In this document: positions 26,143 through 32,000 of the stretch, piece after piece
Numbering within the stretch: position 1 is the first letter of the stretch
How the letters are laid out: each line of letters opens with the position of its first letter
Assembly: GCA_019694395.1 (NCBI GenBank)
Contig: JAIBCC010000002.1
Coordinates: 30,330 to 62,329, forward strand
DNA: 32,000 nucleotides
From: Pyrinomonadaceae bacterium
Lineage (GTDB): Bacteria > Acidobacteriota > Blastocatellia > Pyrinomonadales > Pyrinomonadaceae
Direction: 5' to 3'
The notes under the pieces: generated by a model
Databases searched by the model: none
Seen by the model: the letters and a program-made list of their open reading frames with translations, nothing else
Told to the model about the DNA's origin: nothing
Translations under genes and position numbers: made by a program

Positions 26143-27712
26143 AACAAATTCAAGGTGGACGGCATTTTTGCCTGCCATTGCCGCTGTCGTTGGTGCCCTG
26201 ATAATGATGTGGGGAAAACACCAAATGGGTGCAAACTACATTTCTGATGGTGCTTTGATGATGTTGGCTCTGGCTTGTTATTTACTCGCCGCCTTGTTCC
26301 AACTGACCAATCTTTATGCACCATCCGAAATGGCGCAAAAGATAGGTTATTGGGGAGCAACACTTGGAGTTTTCTTCAATTTATCAAGTTGGTTTGTGCG
26401 TTGGGTGGCTGCCTATGATCTGGAAATTGCCAAATTGCACGAAAGCGGAAATATGATAACACCCTGGTTTTTCCGCTATGTTCCCTTTGCCAATTTATAT
26501 GATTTAAGTCTTGCTTTCGCCTTTGGCGCGGGGTTTGCCACGATTTTGATCGGTAATCGAAAAGAGTTTCAGATTTTAAGTGCATTTTCACTTCCTTTAG
26601 CCTCATTAATTTTAGTTCTTGCCAGATTTATTGGTGGAGAATTTATTGATTTGCCGCCGGTTTTGGATTCTTATTGGCGACCGATACACGTCGGTGTGGC
26701 TTCGCTGAGTTATGGTGTAACTTTAGTTTGTTTTGCGATTGCGGTAATTTATTTGCTCAAAGATAAGGTCAAAGTAGAATCAATGGCAATTTGGGCTTCA
26801 ATTTTTGCAATTGCCGTTTTTGCTACTATCAGCAAGTTTTCGGTTTTTACCGAGGGTGTTTACCGATCAGGATTGTTTTATCCAAGCACTCCCAAACCCG
26901 TTAATGCTTTTTTCAGAATTGATCTGCCCTATGTAGGTTTGTTTTTAGTCATCGCCGGTATCTTAAGTTTAGGAACAGTTGTCAGTTTTTTAATGTATCT
27001 TTATCAAAATAATGAAGCAGCACGCAAAATCGGACATATTGCCTTAAAACTTTCATTGATTGCGCAAATTTTGGCTGTTGTGTTCTGGGTTTCAGGAGTA
27101 AAAGCAAATACTTCCAATATTGATGTTAAATTAAATCAACAACTTGCAGCGAACCCAAGCCAGTTTATTACGGTAGGAAAAGAAATCGCCTCTAAACAAG
27201 GAATGTCGGCGCAGGAGCTTTCGCAAATTACAACTTCTCAATTTGAACAAGCAGGAAGACAATTTTTACAGGAACGCGGCTCGAAAATGTATTTGAGTTT
27301 CGGCACTAATCCGGTTGAATTTTCGGGAGTTTTGTCCGCCCTTGCCGGAATTTTCTTTGTTATTTTATTTAGTTTCAGGACTGATTATTTAAGAGAAAAA
27401 CTGCCAAGTTTAGAACGTTTGGACAGTTTGATGTATAAAACTGCCAGTTTAGCTTTTGCGGGGTTGGCAATGCTTTTGATTACCGGAGCGATCTGGGCAA
27501 ACGAATCCTGGGGAAGACCCTGGGGATTTGATTCAAAGGAAACCGGAGCTTTGATTGCCTGGCTTACTTACGCAGCATTCCTACATACACGAATTTCTCG
27601 CGGTTGGACGGGACGTAGTTCGGCTTATTTTGCAATTATTGGATTTTTATTAGTAATTTTCACCTATTTAGGAGTCAGTTACCTGCTTCCGGGATTGCAT
27701 AGCTACGCATAA
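26102..27712 (+). CDS. ccsA: Cytochrome c biogenesis protein CcsA/CcsB (heme handling, WWD-like)
   Basis: VLDSYWRPIHVGVASLSYGVTLVCFAIAVIYLL and WANESWGRPWGFDSKETGALIAWLTYAAFLHTR. ATG at 26102 overlaps the resB end. Confidence 0.93.
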   Translation: MSQVLTANQIREIKTNSRWTAFLPAIAAVVGALIMMWGKHQMGANYISDGALMMLALACYLLAALFQLTNLYAPSEMAQKIGYWGATLGVFFNLSSWFVRWVAAYDLEIAKLHESGNMITPWFFRYVPFANLYDLSLAFAFGAGFATILIGNRKEFQILSAFSLPLASLILVLARFIGGEFIDLPPVLDSYWRPIHVGVASLSYGVTLVCFAIAVIYLLKDKVKVESMAIWASIFAIAVFATISKFSVFTEGVYRSGLFYPSTPKPVNAFFRIDLPYVGLFLVIAGILSLGTVVSFLMYLYQNNEAARKIGHIALKLSLIAQILAVVFWVSGVKANTSNIDVKLNQQLAANPSQFITVGKEIASKQGMSAQELSQITTSQFEQAGRQFLQERGSKMYLSFGTNPVEFSGVLSALAGIFFVILFSFRTDYLREKLPSLERLDSLMYKTASLAFAGLAMLLITGAIWANESWGRPWGFDSKETGALIAWLTYAAFLHTRISRGWTGRSSAYFAIIGFLLVIFTYLGVSYLLPGLHSYA

Positions 27713-27721
27713 AAAAAGACT

Positions 27722-28396
27722 ATGAATAAAGAAAACATTTTATTTGGAATTATTGGTTTGTTAGCAGGTTTAATCATTGGTTTTATTGCTACTAACAGTA
27801 TCAATCGCGGAACCGTCAATAGTCCGGTAATTCAACCAAACATGGGACAACAAAATCAGCCCGGCGCCATGCCTAATCAATCAGGACAAACTGCCGCAAT
27901 GCCTGCTGTTGCCGAGGCAATCGATAAGGCTGATAAAAACCCGAACGATGTTGATTCACAAATGAAAGCCGGAGAAATGTTTGCCCGAATCAATAATTTT
28001 GAAAAAGCAATTCCCTATTTTGAAAAAGCTGCTCAACTCAAACCAAATGATTTTCAAATTTTAGTTATTTTGGGTAATACAAATTTTGATGCCCGAAAAT
28101 GGGAAGAAGCGCAAAAATGGTATGAAAAAGCCCTAGCCATTAAAAAGGATGATATCTCAGTGCGAACGGATTTAGGAATTACTTTTGTCGAACGCGACAA
28201 ACCAGATTATGACCGAGCAATCAAAGAGTTTCAAACTTCATTAACTATTGATCCGAAACATGAGCCAACACTTTATAATTTAGCGTTGGCGCAATTTAAG
28301 AAAGGCGATGTTCAGGCAGCTCAGGCAACTAAAGCAAAACTAACTTCCAACCCAGAGTTAGCGAAAAAACTGGAAGCTGCTCTTTCTTCAAACTAA
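27722..28396 (+). CDS. Membrane-anchored tetratricopeptide repeat protein
   Basis: N-terminal TM anchor, then TPRs (NFEKAIPYFEKAAQLKPNDFQ; KWEEAQKWYEKALAIKKDDISVRTDLG; YNLALAQFKKGDVQAA). Confidence 0.9.
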   Translation: MNKENILFGIIGLLAGLIIGFIATNSINRGTVNSPVIQPNMGQQNQPGAMPNQSGQTAAMPAVAEAIDKADKNPNDVDSQMKAGEMFARINNFEKAIPYFEKAAQLKPNDFQILVILGNTNFDARKWEEAQKWYEKALAIKKDDISVRTDLGITFVERDKPDYDRAIKEFQTSLTIDPKHEPTLYNLALAQFKKGDVQAAQATKAKLTSNPELAKKLEAALSSN

Positions 28397-28788
28397 TCCT
28401 TTTTCGGGTTGATCAAGGCTAATCTTTTAACTACGTTACCCTTTTCAAGATGTTCTTCGATAATTTCGGGAACATCTTTTTCTTTGACCTGGGCATACCA
28501 AACCCCTTCCGGATAAACCAAAACAGCTGCACCGATTGAACAAAATCCGACCGAACTACAATCCGTCAAAATTACTGAACCGTTTGGATTTCTGCCTTTT
28601 GATTCTTTGCCGTAACGAAGTCCTTTTGCCTCCAATTGTTCCTCAAATGCCTTTTTAACCTCTGCACTTCCTACTGCCGAACATGATTTTCCACTGCAAA
28701 CAAATACGTGGTGTTTCATTGGGGCTTTTGTAACAGGTGCGAGTTTTACAAGTTGTTCACGGTCTTCGATAAATTTTGGTTCACTCAT
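28393..28788 (-). CDS. Thioredoxin-like (2Fe-2S) ferredoxin domain protein
   Basis: HHVFVCSGKSCSAVGSAEVKKAFEEQLEAKGL...VILTDCSSVGFCSIGAAVLVYPEGVWYAQV; four-cysteine 2Fe-2S pattern. Confidence 0.88.
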   Translation of the reverse strand: MSEPKFIEDREQLVKLAPVTKAPMKHHVFVCSGKSCSAVGSAEVKKAFEEQLEAKGLRYGKESKGRNPNGSVILTDCSSVGFCSIGAAVLVYPEGVWYAQVKEKDVPEIIEEHLEKGNVVKRLALINPKKD

Positions 28789-28901
28789 TATGTATAAAAA
28801 AATTCATTTTATAAAACGAAACAAATTTGTGCAAAACTTTTTGCCTCATAAATTTCAAAGAGATTCATAAATGTTGTATAGTTAAGATTTGGAATTAACG
28901 A

Positions 28902-30551
28902 ATGGCTAGCGGCATTATCATTCACATTGAAGTCGGAAAGGAAAAACGCACTGAACTTTTTTCAGAAGAAAGACTTCGCATTGGCTCTGATGAATCCTGT
29001 GACCTTCAAATTCGTTCAAATAAAATTGAAGCGACCGGAGTTTGGCTTGAAATTGTTCGAGAAAATGCTGAATATCGAATCATTGAGATAAATAAGGATT
29101 TAGAATTTATCTTTAATGAAAAACCCTTGCGCCGTTTTAAGGCAATTGCTGACGGGGATGTAATTACCCTGCCAAACTATGCAATAACCTTTTCGTTTTT
29201 CGCCCTAGCGCCACAATCCTCTTTAATTACAACGAATAGGGAACAACGATACGTTGCTCAGTTTATATCGGAAGCAGCCATCGAAGCCGGCACTTCGGGA
29301 AAACCGGACGAAGCAAAAGCATTTCTTAGGGAATTTGTTCGTGAGCTCTCACGGGAGATCAGTTGGACGACCAAACTAATTATGCTGACCTTAACCGTTG
29401 GTTTTCTAAGCGGCTTGTTCTATTTAGGTTACGGATTTTATAAGGAATTAAAGCAAAGCCGCGAACAAGTTCAGCAGCAAAATGAGGAGATCAAAAATTT
29501 AAAGGATCAGATCACCCAAACGAACGAAAAAATCGGGAATTTGGATAAAACCAACAAAGATATAATTAAAACCGTGTCACTTGCACCAAATTTACGCGTG
29601 CAATACGGTAACGGAGTTTGTTTGATTGTCGGAAGTTACGATTTGGTTGATAAACGTAATGGCAAAACTTTGCGTTATCCGGAGCCGGTTGTTTCAAATG
29701 ACCCATACGAGCCTGCCCCGACTATTAACGAAGAAGGTTTTACTCAACCGCCGCCAGCTACGGGATTGACTACAGAAGGCAATGGGACTCCAGTTGAATA
29801 TGATTTTGTCGGGACCGGTTTTCACGTCGGGAATGGATTTGTGCTGACTAATCGTCATGTTCTGCAGCCCTGGAGTGAGGACGATATGGTCAAACAGTTG
29901 ATAAAACAATCCAATGGGCGAGCCCGAATCAAAAAGTTGGTGGTTTATTTTCCGAATTTTCCTCAATCTTTTCCAATAAAAGTTCAGCAAACTGATACAC
30001 GTGAAGATTTAGGAATTGCCACGATTGATCCGACTTTGGTTTCACCAGATATACCCGTTTTACCGCTTGATACCAGCACTGATTCGGTTGCAATTGGAAA
30101 AACCGTAGTCACAATGGGTTATCCAAACGGACCGGACAGAATTTTGGCAATGCTGGATGATGCTGAAATAAAATCAATTAGCACTCGTTTCGGCAATTCC
30201 AAACAATCTTTAATTGCTTATTTAGCCCAGGCGAAAAAAATCACTCCTCTGACTACTCCGGGTGCAATTACCGATTTAGATTCACGCCGCATTGTTCATG
30301 ATGCCAAAACTGCCGAAGGTGGTTCCGGAGCACCATTGTTTGGTCAATCCGGAAAGGTAATCGGAGTTAATTTTGGCGTATTTACTGAAAATACCGCAGC
30401 AAATATGGCAATTCCAATCAAATTCGCAATTGATTTATTGAAACGCTCGGGGTGGAAATCACCTGAAGAATCCGAGTTGGAAAAAAATGCCCAAACTCAA
30501 ACTGCCAGTGTTGAAACTAATCAACCTCAGGCAGATAATAAACCGCAATAG
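28902..30551 (+). CDS. FHA domain - TM - coiled coil - trypsin-like serine protease fusion
   Basis: FHA-like N-terminus (LRIGSDESCDLQIRSNKIEATGVWLEI...NEKPLRRFKAIADGDVITLPNYAITF), TM helix, QQNEEIKNLKDQITQTNEKI coiled coil, protease triad (TGFHVGNGFVLTNRHV, DLGIATID, GGSGAPLFGQSGKVIGVNFG). Confidence 0.87.
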   Translation: MASGIIIHIEVGKEKRTELFSEERLRIGSDESCDLQIRSNKIEATGVWLEIVRENAEYRIIEINKDLEFIFNEKPLRRFKAIADGDVITLPNYAITFSFFALAPQSSLITTNREQRYVAQFISEAAIEAGTSGKPDEAKAFLREFVRELSREISWTTKLIMLTLTVGFLSGLFYLGYGFYKELKQSREQVQQQNEEIKNLKDQITQTNEKIGNLDKTNKDIIKTVSLAPNLRVQYGNGVCLIVGSYDLVDKRNGKTLRYPEPVVSNDPYEPAPTINEEGFTQPPPATGLTTEGNGTPVEYDFVGTGFHVGNGFVLTNRHVLQPWSEDDMVKQLIKQSNGRARIKKLVVYFPNFPQSFPIKVQQTDTREDLGIATIDPTLVSPDIPVLPLDTSTDSVAIGKTVVTMGYPNGPDRILAMLDDAEIKSISTRFGNSKQSLIAYLAQAKKITPLTTPGAITDLDSRRIVHDAKTAEGGSGAPLFGQSGKVIGVNFGVFTENTAANMAIPIKFAIDLLKRSGWKSPEESELEKNAQTQTASVETNQPQADNKPQ

Positions 30552-30554
30552 AAG

Positions 30555-31703
30555 ATGGATAGTCTAGTTTTTTCAAATATGTTGCACCGTCCGGCACGAA
30601 CAATTGTGAGCGTGTTGGGAATTGCACTGGGTGTATTGTTAATTGTTTTTACGGTTGGACTTGCCAGCGGAAGTCTGCGTGATAAAGGCAAACGTGAAGC
30701 AAATGTGGGTGCGGAAATCTTTTTTCGCCCGTCCGGTTCCATCGGTCAAAGCGGTTCTGATTCCTTTCGTTTATCAGGAACAACTGTGGATGAATTGAAA
30801 AAAATTGAGGGAGTCAGAATGGCAGTTCCGGTGGGGCAAACATCGGTTAATTCTGATACCGGAATCGGCAGCCGCTTAATTGACGGCATAAATTTTGATG
30901 AATATTCACAAATTTCGGGACTAGAAATAGTTGAGGGTCGTGCATTCCAGCCTGGAACCGATGAGGCAATTATTGACCGTGCTTATCAAAGAGAAAAATC
31001 TCTGAAAATCGGGGACAAGACCCAGCTTTGGGATAGAGATTTTACTGTTGTTGGAGTTTATGAACCGGCTGGCGGCGCACGAATCAAAATTCCACTTTTG
31101 ACAATGCAAAAAGCCGTAATTGGAGAAGATAGTGCTCCATCCAGTTTAAATCGGGTTTCAACGATCCTAGTTCAAATCCAAAAAGAAGATGGAATGACTG
31201 AAGATCAAATTAAGGAAAGAACTGAAAAAGTCGCCGCCAATATTGCTAAGGTATTTCCTGACAATCAATTGATCCGCGCGGCAGATATGGAAGAATTATA
31301 TTTGAATTCGTTCCCTGCCTTTGAAATTTTTCGCAAAGTTATCATCGGAGTTGCATCCGTTATCAGCGCACTAGTTATTTTATTGACAATGTATACAACA
31401 GTTACCGAACGCACAAGACAGATCGGAATTTTGAAATCTTTAGGAATGTCAAACGGAAAAATCGCCTGGACAATTACACAGGAGGCAATTTTAATCAGTG
31501 CTTTGGGGATTGCCACAGGATTAATTTTAACAGTAGTTGCCAAACTTTTGCTGATGAGATTTTCTTCCTCGCAAGTCGAACTGAATGAATGGGTTATTGC
31601 CATCACAACAATTGTCGGTATTGTGGGCGGGGCGTTGGGCGCACTTTATCCCGCTTATCGGGCGGCAAGACTTGACGCAGTTGAAGCCTTAAGTTATGAA
31701 TAA
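30555..31703 (+). CDS. ABC transporter permease, FtsX/MacB-like
   Basis: LVFSNMLHRPARTIVSVLGIALGVLLIVFTVGL, a MacB_PCD-like periplasmic domain, TVTERTRQIGILKSLGMSNGKI, GALYPAYRAARLDAVEALSYE. Confidence 0.95.
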   Translation: MDSLVFSNMLHRPARTIVSVLGIALGVLLIVFTVGLASGSLRDKGKREANVGAEIFFRPSGSIGQSGSDSFRLSGTTVDELKKIEGVRMAVPVGQTSVNSDTGIGSRLIDGINFDEYSQISGLEIVEGRAFQPGTDEAIIDRAYQREKSLKIGDKTQLWDRDFTVVGVYEPAGGARIKIPLLTMQKAVIGEDSAPSSLNRVSTILVQIQKEDGMTEDQIKERTEKVAANIAKVFPDNQLIRAADMEELYLNSFPAFEIFRKVIIGVASVISALVILLTMYTTVTERTRQIGILKSLGMSNGKIAWTITQEAILISALGIATGLILTVVAKLLLMRFSSSQVELNEWVIAITTIVGIVGGALGALYPAYRAARLDAVEALSYE

Positions 31704-31709
31704 GTCCAG

Positions 31710-32000
31710 ATGACAGAAAAGATTAGAGCTAAAAGAAATCGCACTTTAACCATTTCGGAAGAAGAGCGATTCTTTTTTGCCCAAAAATTATTTAAGCCTT
31801 CGCCAAATCAACGACTGCACCAAACTGACTTTCTCAATCAAACAGTATGCGCTAATCTCTTTGAAGTTATTGATTATCTGCCAAAACAATTTGCGGATTT
31901 AATTTTAATTGATCCTCCATATAATCTTTCTAAAAACTTTAACGGATTTAAGTTCAAATCGTCTGACAATGAATCATATTTGGAATATTTGCGCTCTTGG
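31710..32000 (+). CDS. Site-specific DNA methyltransferase, N-terminal part (runs off right edge)
   Basis: ATG at 31710: MTEKIRAKRNRTLTISEEERFFFAQKLFKPSPNQRLHQTDFLNQTVCANLFEVIDYLPKQFADLILIDPPYNLSKNFNGFKFKSSDNESYLEYLRSW; DPPYNL is the amino-methyltransferase catalytic motif. Confidence 0.88.
   Translation, partial: MTEKIRAKRNRTLTISEEERFFFAQKLFKPSPNQRLHQTDFLNQTVCANLFEVIDYLPKQFADLILIDPPYNLSKNFNGFKFKSSDNESYLEYLRSW

Overview
This 32 kb window is low-GC bacterial chromosome. The gene content and style suggest Acidobacteriota (Blastocatellia-like), but that is inference. It is mostly ordinary metabolic and envelope genes. From left to right it contains: the 5' part of a carboxypeptidase-regulatory-like/TonB-receptor-like gene (minus strand); an M1 peptidase; a probable SAM-II riboswitch plus terminator ahead of a TmrB-like P-loop gene and metH; a GxxExxY-protein cassette bracketed by CACGAATT/TTCGTG mini-repeats; two hypothetical proteins and a DUF1569 protein; a YdcF/DUF218 gene broken by an apparent 1-nt frameshift; a tight cluster of small detoxification or resistance-type genes (VOC, two DoxX-like, RibD-C/DHFR-like, VOC, cupin, AAC(3)-I-like GNAT); a tiny single-TM ORF; a phospholipase A2-like secreted protein; saccharopine dehydrogenase-like, diguanylate cyclase, metallophosphoesterase, thioesterase and PlsC-like genes; a second M1 peptidase; a cytochrome oxidase/heme locus (ctaB, coxC, DUF420) divergent from cytochrome c maturation genes (resB, ccsA, TPR); a 2Fe-2S ferredoxin-like gene; an FHA-TM-trypsin protease next to an FtsX-like permease; and the start of a DNA methyltransferase at the right edge. 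The most notable non-coding signals are (1) a ydaO/yuaA-type c-di-AMP riboswitch on the minus strand at about 22187-22336 with no same-strand gene downstream, (2) the SAM-II-like element with a plausible antiterminator/terminator ahead of the metH unit, and (3) the mini-repeat-flanked GxxExxY cassette, with a related 9-bp-period mini-repeat inserted in frame in the metH linker. No CRISPR array, tRNA, rRNA or complete recognised defence system was found.
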